Below, piece by piece: positions 16,961-25,915 of a DNA stretch of 64,000 nt. The DNA is from Mycobacteriales bacterium (GTDB taxonomy: Bacteria; Actinomycetota; Actinomycetes; JAFAQI01), in assembly GCA_035545635.1 (NCBI GenBank), contig DASZXY010000013.1:302838-366837 (forward strand), read 5' to 3'. The notes below the pieces were generated by a model. That model had not been told where the DNA came from. It did not search any database and saw nothing but the letters and a program-made list of their open reading frames with translations. Each line of letters starts with the position of its first letter. Position 1 is the stretch's first letter. A program made the position numbers and the translations under genes.

Positions 16961-17935
16961 CTAGAGCGCGTTCAGTACCTCGGACTCGAACAGCTTGAGG
17001 CTGGACCAGGCGAGCTCAGGCGGCGTGCCACCGCACATCGGGTGGAACATCACGAACGGAAACGGCGCTTCCTTCAAGCTCGCGATCATCTGATCGGGCG
17101 TGATGACGCTGTACTCGCCCATTGCGCGCAGCTCTTCCGGGTCCGACACCTCTTTGTACGGACCGGCGGTACCGCTGTCAGCGATCCACTTGCCGTACGC
17201 ATTCGTCTCGTGCATGAAGTACGGCGCGAACGCCTTCCAGCCCGCGTCGGCGTCCTGCGCCAGAGCCACGGTGTGCGCCGGCGGCAGCATGCTCGGGCCT
17301 GGGTCCGGCTTGCCGAGCTTCAGGCACTCGTCGCGATAGGCGTCCCACACCTCGGGGATCGATGGAATGAAGCCGTCCGCGATCCTGGCTGCCCGGCGAG
17401 CGGCCGCGTCGCTGCTCCCGCCGAGCATCACCCCCGGACCACCCGGGCGATGCGGCGTCGGCGTGACCCGGACCGTCCGCCCGCGGAACTCGAACGACTC
17501 CCCCGAAAACGCAGCACGCAGGGTCTCGACCGTCTCGGTGACGCGCTTAGCGCGCTCCCCGATCGGCACGCCGAACATGTCGAACTCCTCCCCGACATAG
17601 CCACCCGCGACGATCGCGTCGACCCGGCCCCGGCTCAGGTTGTCGAGAACAACCAGGTCTTCCGCGAGGCGTAGCGGATCGTGGAATGGCGCGATCAGCG
17701 CGGCGATCATCAGGTTCACGTTGCTCGTCCTCGCCGCCATCGCTGCCAGCATCGGCAGCGGACTCGGCAGGTAGCCGTCGGCCGAACCGTGATGCTCGGA
17801 GACCGTGATGCTCACGCAGCCCAGCCGATCCGCCCACTCCGCCATCTCCAGCGCGGCGTCGTACCGGTCCGCCATGGACACTCCGGCGAACTCCGGGTTT
17901 CGGAAGTCGAACCGCAGCCCGAACATCACACTCAC
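16961..17935 (-). CDS. LLM-class flavin-dependent oxidoreductase
   Basis: 324 aa; luciferase-like features (AEWADRLGCVSITVSEHHGS, LDNLSRGRVD). Confidence 0.85.
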   Translation of the reverse strand: MSVMFGLRFDFRNPEFAGVSMADRYDAALEMAEWADRLGCVSITVSEHHGSADGYLPSPLPMLAAMAARTSNVNLMIAALIAPFHDPLRLAEDLVVLDNLSRGRVDAIVAGGYVGEEFDMFGVPIGERAKRVTETVETLRAAFSGESFEFRGRTVRVTPTPHRPGGPGVMLGGSSDAAARRAARIADGFIPSIPEVWDAYRDECLKLGKPDPGPSMLPPAHTVALAQDADAGWKAFAPYFMHETNAYGKWIADSGTAGPYKEVSDPEELRAMGEYSVITPDQMIASLKEAPFPFVMFHPMCGGTPPELAWSSLKLFESEVLNAL

Positions 17936-17945
17936 GTTTGCCCCC

Positions 17946-18743
17946 TCAGGCTGACGGCTCTGGTACGACGGCGGCGGCGCCCGCGGTCATGAGCTCTACG
18001 GCTACCCGCCGCGAGAGCGTTGCCATCGGGTTAGGCCCAGCGGGATCCGGCATGCCGTACGCCCATGTGGGGCCGTCGGCGAGATGGGCCATCGCTTCTG
18101 CTGCGACGGCCGCCGGGTCAGCCAGGCCGTCCATCTGACCGCCGCTGCGTGCGAGCGAGCGATGCAACGAGGGCGTGTCCGTCGGACCGAGGACGAGTGA
18201 AAGTACGTCGACGCCATGAGGCTGCCACTCGGCCCACAGTGACTCCGCGAGGTTCGCGTCGAACGCCTTGCTGGCGCTGTAAGCAGCGAGCGTGGCGCCA
18301 CCCGCCCAGGCTGCACCGGACGTGACGAGGATGAGACCGCCACGACCGCGCTCGACCATCCTGCGCCCGAAGACATAGCTCGCCTCGAGCACCGCGGTGC
18401 AATTGCGCTGGACGAGCCGGCGCAGCTCCTCGAGATCCCATTCGAGCATCGAGCGGTTGACGGTGTCGGCTCCTGCGTTGAAGACGAAAAGCCCCACCTC
18501 GAGCTCGCCCGTCGCAGAAGCCAGCTCATCGATCGCCTCGGGTGCACTCAGATCGAGGACTACCACTCGGCTCTCGACCGGCAGGCGCGCAGCGAGCTCG
18601 TTGAGCAACGCCTCGCGGCGGGCGACCAGCACGACATTGATGCCCGATGCCGCGAGCTGTTCGGCGAAGGCGGCGCCTACTCCGTCAGACGCTCCGGCGA
18701 TGACGGCCCACGGGCCGTATCGCTCCGCCAGCAAGTCAGCCAC
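17946..18743 (-). CDS. SDR family oxidoreductase
   Basis: IAGASDGVGAAFA Rossmann motif and YSASKAF. It overlaps the next gene by 8 nt. Confidence 0.85.
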   Translation of the reverse strand: MADLLAERYGPWAVIAGASDGVGAAFAEQLAASGINVVLVARREALLNELAARLPVESRVVVLDLSAPEAIDELASATGELEVGLFVFNAGADTVNRSMLEWDLEELRRLVQRNCTAVLEASYVFGRRMVERGRGGLILVTSGAAWAGGATLAAYSASKAFDANLAESLWAEWQPHGVDVLSLVLGPTDTPSLHRSLARSGGQMDGLADPAAVAAEAMAHLADGPTWAYGMPDPAGPNPMATLSRRVAVELMTAGAAAVVPEPSA

Positions 18744-19239
18744 TCGGCTTTGCCAGCTCGGCGTCGGTGTGGGCGAACTGCGCCTCGATGTCAGCGCGAC
18801 CTTGCTCGGCGGCGAACTTCTCGATCTTGCCTCCGATCAACGGAATGCTGACCTTCGCATCGATGTCGATCGTGTGATGGCAGCCAGTCGCGGTCGGCGT
18901 CAGCTTGTGGCTGCCGACGATCCGGGACGGCGTGCCGGGCGCCTCGACGGTGTAGTTGCACACTCGCTCGCCTGATGCATTGGAGGGCAGCCAGGTCTCC
19001 GACTGGATCGGGCTCTGGCTGGGCGTCAGCACCTTGCTGGCGAAGCCCGGCAGATCGACGGTGATCGTTCGCTTGGTGACGACCTTGCAGCCAGAGTCAC
19101 CGGTCTCGGTGCGATCGACGGTGACGTCACGCCCGCCGAGGTCGACGTACTTCCGCTCGACATAGTCCGGGTCGCTGATCAGTGCGTAGACCGTCTCGAC
19201 GTCGGCGGTGTAATCGTGCTCGATTCGGACCTTCACCAT
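18736..19239 (-). CDS. DUF2505-like SRPBCC-fold protein
   Basis: 167 aa; IEHDYTADVETVYALISDPDYVERKY is typical of the DUF2505/SRPBCC N-terminus. Confidence 0.6.
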   Translation of the reverse strand: MVKVRIEHDYTADVETVYALISDPDYVERKYVDLGGRDVTVDRTETGDSGCKVVTKRTITVDLPGFASKVLTPSQSPIQSETWLPSNASGERVCNYTVEAPGTPSRIVGSHKLTPTATGCHHTIDIDAKVSIPLIGGKIEKFAAEQGRADIEAQFAHTDAELAKPSG

Positions 19240-19243
19240 CTCG

Positions 19244-19687
19244 TCAGTCTGCCGTCTCGGCGTAGCGGGCGAGCCCGGCCGCCATGCGCTTGATCGAACG
19301 ACCGAGCAGGAACGCCATCACCGGTGCGGCGCCAGGAAATCGACCCTCCATCGAGGCGGCCCAAGTGATCCGGCTGCCCTCGCCGTCCTTGTCGATCGAG
19401 ACGATTGCCCGGTACTCGCGAAGTGGGGTCTTGGTGACGATCGTGTAGGCGAGGTAGTCGGGCGGGTCGTACTCCGTGATCTGCTCCTTCACGCCCCAGA
19501 CCTTGGAACCGAGCCGGCGGATGGCGCCGACCCCACCCGGCGCCGGGTCACCCTCCTTGATCCACTCGCCGTACATCACGTAGGGCTTCGCCCAGCGTTG
19601 CCACGAGGTGGCATCGGCGACCAGCGCGAATACTTTCTCCTTCCCTGCCTTCGTCGGAACGACGACCTCGTACGTCGACGGCATCAC
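19244..19687 (-). CDS. SRPBCC family protein
   Basis: 147 aa; GKEKVFALVADATSWQRWAKP resembles polyketide cyclase/dehydrase and lipid-transport family proteins. Confidence 0.65.
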   Translation of the reverse strand: MMPSTYEVVVPTKAGKEKVFALVADATSWQRWAKPYVMYGEWIKEGDPAPGGVGAIRRLGSKVWGVKEQITEYDPPDYLAYTIVTKTPLREYRAIVSIDKDGEGSRITWAASMEGRFPGAAPVMAFLLGRSIKRMAAGLARYAETAD

Positions 19688-20506
19688 TCACCAGCCCTTG
19701 AAGTCGGTCTCGCGTCGCTCGACAAATGCCCGGACGCCTTCCTGCGCGTCGTCGGTGGTCATCACCAGCTCCTGACCCCACGCCTCATCATTGAGCGCGG
19801 TGCCGCGGTCGACGTCGAGCGAGGAGTTGACGAGCCGCTTCGTCACGGCGATCGCACGGGTCGGACCATGGGCGAGTCGCTCGGCCAGCGCGGTCGCCGT
19901 CGAGAGCGTGTCTTCCGCCGGCACCAGGTGAGTGGCCAGCCCCCACTCGTGGGCCTTGGCGGCCGGCAGGTCGTCACCGAAGAAGTACATCTGCTTCGCG
20001 CGCTGCGGGCCGATCAGCCGGGTGAGCAGGTAAGGGCCACCGGCGTCGGGCGCGATCCCGCGTCGCACGAACACCGGCACGATCTTCGCCGAATCCGCCA
20101 TCACGACGATGTCGCAGGCGAGCGCGAGATGCATGCCACCGCCGGCCGCAGTGCCGTTGACGGCGGCGATCACCGGCTTGTCGCAGTCGAGGATCGACGT
20201 CACCAGTCGCTGCCAGCCCGTCTGGATGGCGCGGGCAGTGTCACCCTGCGCGAAGTTGGGCGCGCCCTCCGGCCGCGGCGGTCGCGGCAGCGACGTACGC
20301 AGGTCGGCGCCGGTGCAGAACGCCCGGTCGCCGCTCCCCGTCAGCACCACGGCGCGGACCGTGAGGTCTTCGCTCGCCGCGTTGAACGCGTCGCCCAGCG
20401 CGTCGCGGGCTCGCCAGTCGAGGGAGTTGTGCACGTCCGGACGATCGAGCGTGATCGTCAGGACACCGCCCGACTGCTCGGTCTTGATCCCGGCATCGTC
20501 GGCCAC
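19688..20506 (-). CDS. enoyl-CoA hydratase/isomerase family protein
   Basis: LTITLDRPDVHNSL and AFCTGADL motifs. I trimmed the start to GTG 20506, which lies 2 nt after the upstream stop and is preceded by GGGGGAAAG. Confidence 0.9.
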   Translation of the reverse strand: MADDAGIKTEQSGGVLTITLDRPDVHNSLDWRARDALGDAFNAASEDLTVRAVVLTGSGDRAFCTGADLRTSLPRPPRPEGAPNFAQGDTARAIQTGWQRLVTSILDCDKPVIAAVNGTAAGGGMHLALACDIVVMADSAKIVPVFVRRGIAPDAGGPYLLTRLIGPQRAKQMYFFGDDLPAAKAHEWGLATHLVPAEDTLSTATALAERLAHGPTRAIAVTKRLVNSSLDVDRGTALNDEAWGQELVMTTDDAQEGVRAFVERRETDFKGW

Positions 20507-20508
20507 TG

Positions 20509-22062
20509 CTACTTTCCCCCGAACTGTTCGCGGAGCTTGAACTTCAGCACCTTGTTCAATGTCTCGTTCCGCGGCAGCGCGTCGACGATCTCGAGTCGCT
20601 CCGGGATCTTCTGCATCATCAGCCCGGCATCGCGGCACCAGGTGACCAGCTCGTCGAGCGTGATCGGCGCAGAATCGGGCCCAGCGTCCGCGGCCGTCTC
20701 GACCACCGCACAGACCAGCTCGCCGCGCTCCTCGTCCGGCACACCAATGACCGCGACGTCGCCGACCTTGGGGTGGTTGAAGATCACGTCCTCGAGCTCG
20801 CGCGCCGAGATGTTCTCCCCCTTGCGGATGATCACGTCCTTGAGCCGCCCGGTCAGCCGCAGGTGACCGTCGGGACGAAGGACGCCTAGGTCACCGGTGC
20901 GGAACCAGCCTTCACTGTCGAACGCCTCGGCGTTGACCGCCGGATCGGTGTAGCCGATGCAGACCACGGGTCCGCGCAGCCGCACCTCCCCTTCCTCATC
21001 GGGCGCGGCGACCTTCTCCTCTGCGGTGACGATTCGGATCTCCGCCCCCACCACCGGCTTGCCGTCGGTGTAGGCGAGCTGCTCGTCGCTGTCGTGCGGC
21101 GATCCCATGGCCATCATCGGCACCTCGGTCATGCCGTAGCCGTGCACCAGCCGCACGCCCATTTCCTTGGCGACGTCGTAGAACAGCTCCGGCGGCTTCG
21201 CCGCGCCACCGCCCGACATGATGCGCAACGTCGGGATGATCGGAGTGTCCGGCGTCTTGCGCTGCTCGGTGAGAAACATTTGGTAGAAGGCCGTGCTGCC
21301 GCCGCACATCGTCACTCCGAGCTCCCGGTACGCCGCGACCGCATCGGCAGGGATGAACGACTCGACGAGCACGGCCGCGAACCCGGCCGACAGCATCATC
21401 AGCAGGTAGTCCGGGCCTGCGATGTGCGAGAACGGGAACGCCATCGACCCGATGTCGTCGGGTGACATGTCGAGCGCGGCGGCAAGACCACGGCCGCCCG
21501 CCATCAGCGTCTGGTCGGTGTGCTGCACGCCCTTCGGCTCGGACGTGGTGCCCGAGGTGTAGTAGATCCAGCGCACCTCCTCGCCGGATGCGGGCGGGTC
21601 CGGAAGATCGGCGACGTCCCCGCGCGGCAGCTCAAGGCCGATCTCGAGGATGGTCGGCGGGTTCGCAAGGTCGGCGGACAGCGTCCGCGCCATCTCACCG
21701 AAGTCTCTGTCCTTCCAGACCCCGGGCACGATGAAGAACTGGGGCTGGCTGGCGCGCAGGACCGCGCCGACCTCGCGCTCGCGGTAGAGGTGAAGCACCG
21801 GGTTCTGCACGGCGCCGAGCCGGGCAAGCGCCATGGACAGCACGACGCTTTCGATCCGCGTCGGCAGCTGCCACGTCACGCGAGTGCCTGGGCGGATGCC
21901 AAGTACGGCGAGACCGGCGGCAACGTGCTCGACCTCGGTCGCGAACTCGGCGAAGCCGACCCGGCGCCCGTTCGTGTCGATCAGCAACGGCCGGTCACCG
22001 GACTCGGCCGCCCGGCGTCGTACCAGCTCCCAGATCGTCGGCGCCTCAAGTAGTTGTGCCAC
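20509..22062 (-). CDS. acyl-CoA synthetase (AMP-dependent ligase)
   Basis: AMP-binding motif YYTSGTTSEPKGV, with GYGMTE and TGDLG motifs. Confidence 0.9.
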   Translation of the reverse strand: MAQLLEAPTIWELVRRRAAESGDRPLLIDTNGRRVGFAEFATEVEHVAAGLAVLGIRPGTRVTWQLPTRIESVVLSMALARLGAVQNPVLHLYREREVGAVLRASQPQFFIVPGVWKDRDFGEMARTLSADLANPPTILEIGLELPRGDVADLPDPPASGEEVRWIYYTSGTTSEPKGVQHTDQTLMAGGRGLAAALDMSPDDIGSMAFPFSHIAGPDYLLMMLSAGFAAVLVESFIPADAVAAYRELGVTMCGGSTAFYQMFLTEQRKTPDTPIIPTLRIMSGGGAAKPPELFYDVAKEMGVRLVHGYGMTEVPMMAMGSPHDSDEQLAYTDGKPVVGAEIRIVTAEEKVAAPDEEGEVRLRGPVVCIGYTDPAVNAEAFDSEGWFRTGDLGVLRPDGHLRLTGRLKDVIIRKGENISARELEDVIFNHPKVGDVAVIGVPDEERGELVCAVVETAADAGPDSAPITLDELVTWCRDAGLMMQKIPERLEIVDALPRNETLNKVLKFKLREQFGGK

Positions 22063-22066
22063 GCCG

Positions 22067-22975
22067 CTAGCCTCCCGCGCCGTACACCGGCGTGGGAACC
22101 GGAGCCTTGTCGATCAGGTCTCGAACGACCGGTCCGAGCTCTGCCGGTTCCCAACGGGAACCCTTGTCGACGCGCGGTCCGTGCTGCCACCCGTCGGCGA
22201 CACTGACAATTCCGCCCTCGACCTCGAACACCCGGCCGGTGACGTCCCGCGATTGCGATGACCCGAGCCAGACGACGAGCGGCGACACGTTCTCCGGCGC
22301 CATCGCGTCGAAGCCGGTCTCCGGCTTGCGCATCATGTCGGGCATCGCGACCTCAGTCATCCGGGTCCGCGCCGCGGGCGCAATCGCGTTCACGGTGACG
22401 CCGTAGCGCGCCCACTCCGCCGCCGCCACGAGCGTCAGCCCCACGATGCCGGCCTTGGCTGCGCTGTAGTTGCCCTGACCGACGCTTCCCATGAGACCGG
22501 CACCGGACGACGTGTTGATCACTCGCGCGTCCGGCTGCGATCCCGCTTTGGACTGCTCTCGCCAGAACGTTCCGGCATGACGCATCGTGCAGAAGTGGCC
22601 GCGCATGTGAACCCGGTTGACCGCGTCCCACTCCTCGACCGACATCGACATCAGCATCCGGTCGCGTAGGAAGCCGGCGTTGTTGACCAGCACGTCGAGG
22701 CTGCCGAACGAGTCGACCGCGGTGCGGACGAGCGACTCGGCACCATCCCAGTCGGCGATGTCGTCGGTGTTCGCGACCGCCTCGCCACCGGCGGCGACGA
22801 TCTCGTCGACCACCGACTGCGCAGGACCCGTCGACGTACCTTCGCCCTCACGGGACGTCCCGATGTCGTTGACCACGACACGCGCGCCTTCCGCGGCGAA
22901 CGCGAGCGCATGAGCGCGACCCAGCCCACCGCCCGCACCGGTGACGATGACCACTCGGCCGTCGCAGATACCCAC
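22067..22975 (-). CDS. SDR family oxidoreductase, ~300-aa subtype
   Basis: VTGAGGGLGRAHA, YSAAKAG; paralog of 6520-7431 and 34010-34921. Confidence 0.9.
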   Translation of the reverse strand: MGICDGRVVIVTGAGGGLGRAHALAFAAEGARVVVNDIGTSREGEGTSTGPAQSVVDEIVAAGGEAVANTDDIADWDGAESLVRTAVDSFGSLDVLVNNAGFLRDRMLMSMSVEEWDAVNRVHMRGHFCTMRHAGTFWREQSKAGSQPDARVINTSSGAGLMGSVGQGNYSAAKAGIVGLTLVAAAEWARYGVTVNAIAPAARTRMTEVAMPDMMRKPETGFDAMAPENVSPLVVWLGSSQSRDVTGRVFEVEGGIVSVADGWQHGPRVDKGSRWEPAELGPVVRDLIDKAPVPTPVYGAGG

Positions 22976-22994
22976 TCCGTCGTGCTCCTTCTCT

Positions 22995-23753
22995 CTATCT
23001 GAGGTAGGCCTGACCGCCGTCGACCATCAGGGTCGAGCCGGTCACGTAAGCAGCGTCTTCACTGAGCAGGAAGGCGACCGCGCGGCCGACGTCCTCCTCG
23101 AGCTTCCCGACCCGGCCGAGCGGGATCGTGTTGACGAACTCCTCGTACTCCTTCGGCGCGAACTCCGACCACATCTCCAGGCCCGGCGACATGCCGTTCG
23201 GGATCACAGCGTTGACGCGGATCCCGTCCTTGCCCCACTCCAGCGCGGCCATCCGGGTCAGCGTCCGGATCATCTCCTTGGTGCCGGCGTAGAGGGTGAA
23301 CCCCGGGAGGTCGTTGCGCAGCGCCGATCCGGTGCCGAGGTTGACGACGGCGCCCTTGGTCTCCTTGAGCGACTCGTACGCCGCCTGCATGAACCACAGC
23401 GAGCCGAGGAAGCCGCTCTCCCAGGTACGACGCGCGTCCTTCTCGGTGATCTCGAGAACCGGCCCGAGTGCGACCATCTGCGCGTTGTTCACGACGCCGT
23501 CGATGCGGCCGAAGTGCTCGAGCGTCGCCTTCACGCAGGCGTTGATCTGGTCCTGGTTGCGGACGTCGCACTGCAAGGCGAGCGCCTTGCGGCCGCGCTC
23601 CTCGACGGTCGCCGCGGTCCGCTCGACCTTCTCGAGCGTGCGGCCGGCGGTGACGATGTTCGCGCCCTCGGCCGCAGCCGCCAGCGCGATGCCCTCACCG
23701 ATGCCTTGGCCGGAGCCGGTCACGATGACGACCTTCTCGTCGAGCCTGCCCAC
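22995..23753 (-). CDS. SDR family oxidoreductase
   Basis: VTGSGQGIGEG, NNAQ, YAGTKE. GTG start preceded by an AAGGA Shine-Dalgarno. Confidence 0.9.
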   Translation of the reverse strand: MGRLDEKVVIVTGSGQGIGEGIALAAAAEGANIVTAGRTLEKVERTAATVEERGRKALALQCDVRNQDQINACVKATLEHFGRIDGVVNNAQMVALGPVLEITEKDARRTWESGFLGSLWFMQAAYESLKETKGAVVNLGTGSALRNDLPGFTLYAGTKEMIRTLTRMAALEWGKDGIRVNAVIPNGMSPGLEMWSEFAPKEYEEFVNTIPLGRVGKLEEDVGRAVAFLLSEDAAYVTGSTLMVDGGQAYLR

Positions 23754-23778
23754 GCAACCATCCTTTGCTGGCGGAGAT

Positions 23779-23796
23779 TTTCTGACGGGTCGTCAG
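23779..23796. promoter_or_regulatory. third copy of the operator box (TTTCTGACGGGTCGTCAG; core at 23782-23796)
   Basis: Its reverse complement is identical to the core 18-mer at the 7.45-kb and 13.2-kb loci. It lies in a 58-nt divergent intergenic region, 15 nt from GTG 23812 and 28 nt from GTG 23753. Confidence 0.55.
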
Positions 23797-23811
23797 GTTA
23801 TCGTTGGGCGC

Positions 23812-24996
23812 GTGGACCTGCGCGACTCGGAGGCGGAGCGCTCCTTCCGCGAAGGGCTCCGTGGCTGGCTCGCAGAGACCCTGCCAACGCCGGGCGCGAA
23901 GCCGCACCACACCGACTGGCCCGGTCGGCGCAAGTACGACACCCACTGGCAGCAGCTGCTCTTCGATGCCGGCTACGCCGGCGTCAACTGGCCCGAGGAG
24001 TACGGCGGCCGCGGCGCCACGCCGAACGAGCACCTCATCTTCCTCGAGGAGACCGAGCGAGCCGGGGCGCCGTACGTCGGCGTGAACTTCGTCGGCCTGC
24101 TCCACGCGGGGCCGACGATCATCACCGAGGGAACGCCCGAGCAGCGCGCCGAGCACCTGCCGAAGATCCTCAAGGGCGAGGAAATCTGGTGCCAGGGCTT
24201 CAGCGAGCCCTCCTCCGGGTCCGATCTCGCGTCGATGCGGACCCGTGCGGTGCGCGACGGCGACCACTACGTCGTCAACGGCCACAAGATCTGGACCTCC
24301 CACGCGGAGGTCGCGGACTACTGCGAGCTGCTGGTCCGCACCGACCCTGACGCGCCGAAGCACAAGGGCATCACCTGGCTGATGATGGCGATGGACACGC
24401 CCGGCCTCGACGTCCGTCCGCTCAACACGTTGCTCGGGTCGAGTGAGTTCTCCGAGGTCTTCTTCGACAACGTGCGGATCCCGGTATCCAACCGAGTCGG
24501 CGAGGAGAACGACGGCTGGCGAGTCACGATGGTCACGCTGTCCTTCGAGCGCGGTACGGCGTGGGTCGACCAGATCGTCGACTCGGTCCGCCTGGTCGCC
24601 GACCTCGCGGCGCTGGCGAAGAAGGTCACCACCACCGCGGGAATCGCGTGGGAGGACCGCGGGCTCCGTCGCGACATCGCACACCTCGGTGCGGAGTTCG
24701 ACGCGCTGTGGGCGCTGACCAAGCGCGGCGTGACCGAAGCCGGCTCCGGCGTACCCGGTGCGAGCGCGTCCGTGCTGAAGCTTCGCTACACCGAAGCGCG
24801 GCAGCGGTTGATGGATCTCGGCGCGCGAGTGCTCGATCGCGCTTCGGTGTCCCGCACCGACATCGCCGGCCTCCCCACCGGCGAGTGGACGACGGAGCGA
24901 CTCAACTCGCTGTCGTACACGATCGCGGCGGGCACGTCGCAGATCCAGCGCAACATCATCGGCGAGCGCCTGCTCGGTCTGCCCAAGGATCGCTGA
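23812..24996 (+). CDS. acyl-CoA dehydrogenase, large (alpha-like) subunit
   Basis: WPEEYGGRGATP, SEPSSGSD, and the C-terminal AAGTSQIQRNIIGE. I trimmed the start to GTG 23812. Confidence 0.85.
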   Translation: MDLRDSEAERSFREGLRGWLAETLPTPGAKPHHTDWPGRRKYDTHWQQLLFDAGYAGVNWPEEYGGRGATPNEHLIFLEETERAGAPYVGVNFVGLLHAGPTIITEGTPEQRAEHLPKILKGEEIWCQGFSEPSSGSDLASMRTRAVRDGDHYVVNGHKIWTSHAEVADYCELLVRTDPDAPKHKGITWLMMAMDTPGLDVRPLNTLLGSSEFSEVFFDNVRIPVSNRVGEENDGWRVTMVTLSFERGTAWVDQIVDSVRLVADLAALAKKVTTTAGIAWEDRGLRRDIAHLGAEFDALWALTKRGVTEAGSGVPGASASVLKLRYTEARQRLMDLGARVLDRASVSRTDIAGLPTGEWTTERLNSLSYTIAAGTSQIQRNIIGERLLGLPKDR

Positions 24997-25904
24997 TGTA
25001 CTTCCTGCCCACTGACGAGCAGCGCGAGCTGCAGCGCGGCGTGCGCGAAGTGCTCGAGGCGGCGTACCCGCTCGACAAGCTGCCGGACGGATTCGATCCC
25101 GGGGTGTGGTCGACGCTGATCGACACCGGCGTCTTCTCGCTTCGAACCGAGCTCGAGCTCGGCTTCGTCGAGGCGGTACTGGTCTTCGAGGAGCTCGGCC
25201 GCTCGGCCTTTCCTGCTCCGCTGGTCGGCACCTTCCTGACTGCCGGTCGCGCCGAAGGTCCGGTCAGCGTCGTGGACCCGCGCCTGTCACCGATCGTCGT
25301 CGCGCATCTCGACGTCTCGAACAAGGTCCTGGTCCTCGACCCTGGCGGTCCTCGTCTCACCCACGCCAGCGACCTGAGCGGCGTCCCACTCGAGGACCCG
25401 ATCGATCCGTTGAGCCCGCTGCACGAGCTCACCGCCGCATCGGGTGGCGCTCGGATCACCATCGACTACGACCAGCTGATGACCGAGGGCGCGTTGCTGA
25501 CCGCGGCACTCCAGGTCGGGCTCGCTGATCGGCTGACCGAGCTCGCCGTCGACTACGCGAAAACCCGCGAGCAGTTCGACCGCCCGATCGGCTCGTTCCA
25601 AGCGGTCAAGCACATCTGCGCCGACATGCTCGTGAGGACCGAGCTCGCGCGGGCCTCACTGCACAGCGCCGCGGTGATGCTCGACGACCCCGAGGCCGGT
25701 GACGCAGACCGCGCGGTCGCGGGAGCGAAGCTGCTCGCCGACGAGGCCGCGACGGGCAACTCCCGCGCGTGCGTGCAGGTCCACGGCGGCATGGGCTTCA
25801 CCTGGGAGGTCCCGGTCCACTACCTGCTCAAGCGCACCTGGCTGCACGCCACCGAGTTCGGTACGGCGGACGACCACGCCGAAGCGCTGGCCGCCCTTCT
25901 TTGA
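24996..25904 (+). CDS. acyl-CoA dehydrogenase family protein, short (beta-like) subunit
   Basis: 302 aa. The ATG overlaps the upstream TGA (TGATG). C-terminal ACAD helices are present (FQAVKHICADM, VHGGMGFTWE). Confidence 0.8.
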   Translation: MYFLPTDEQRELQRGVREVLEAAYPLDKLPDGFDPGVWSTLIDTGVFSLRTELELGFVEAVLVFEELGRSAFPAPLVGTFLTAGRAEGPVSVVDPRLSPIVVAHLDVSNKVLVLDPGGPRLTHASDLSGVPLEDPIDPLSPLHELTAASGGARITIDYDQLMTEGALLTAALQVGLADRLTELAVDYAKTREQFDRPIGSFQAVKHICADMLVRTELARASLHSAAVMLDDPEAGDADRAVAGAKLLADEAATGNSRACVQVHGGMGFTWEVPVHYLLKRTWLHATEFGTADDHAEALAALL

Positions 25905-25915
25905 CAAGCGCATCA

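Noticed and set aside
19598-20866. 422-aa plus-strand ORF
   Set aside because: It is antisense to the enoyl-CoA hydratase and acyl-CoA synthetase genes, with no motifs.
22941-24350. 469-aa plus-strand ORF, plus the 5' extensions of several tracked ORFs (3223-3492, 23296-23811, 24561-24995, 25769-25915, 28681-29079, 30917-31435, 32867-33577)
   Set aside because: These upstream parts overlap neighbouring genes or intergenic DNA and are Arg/Pro/Ser-rich. Recognisable domains begin at the internal in-frame starts, which are often coupled to the upstream stop.
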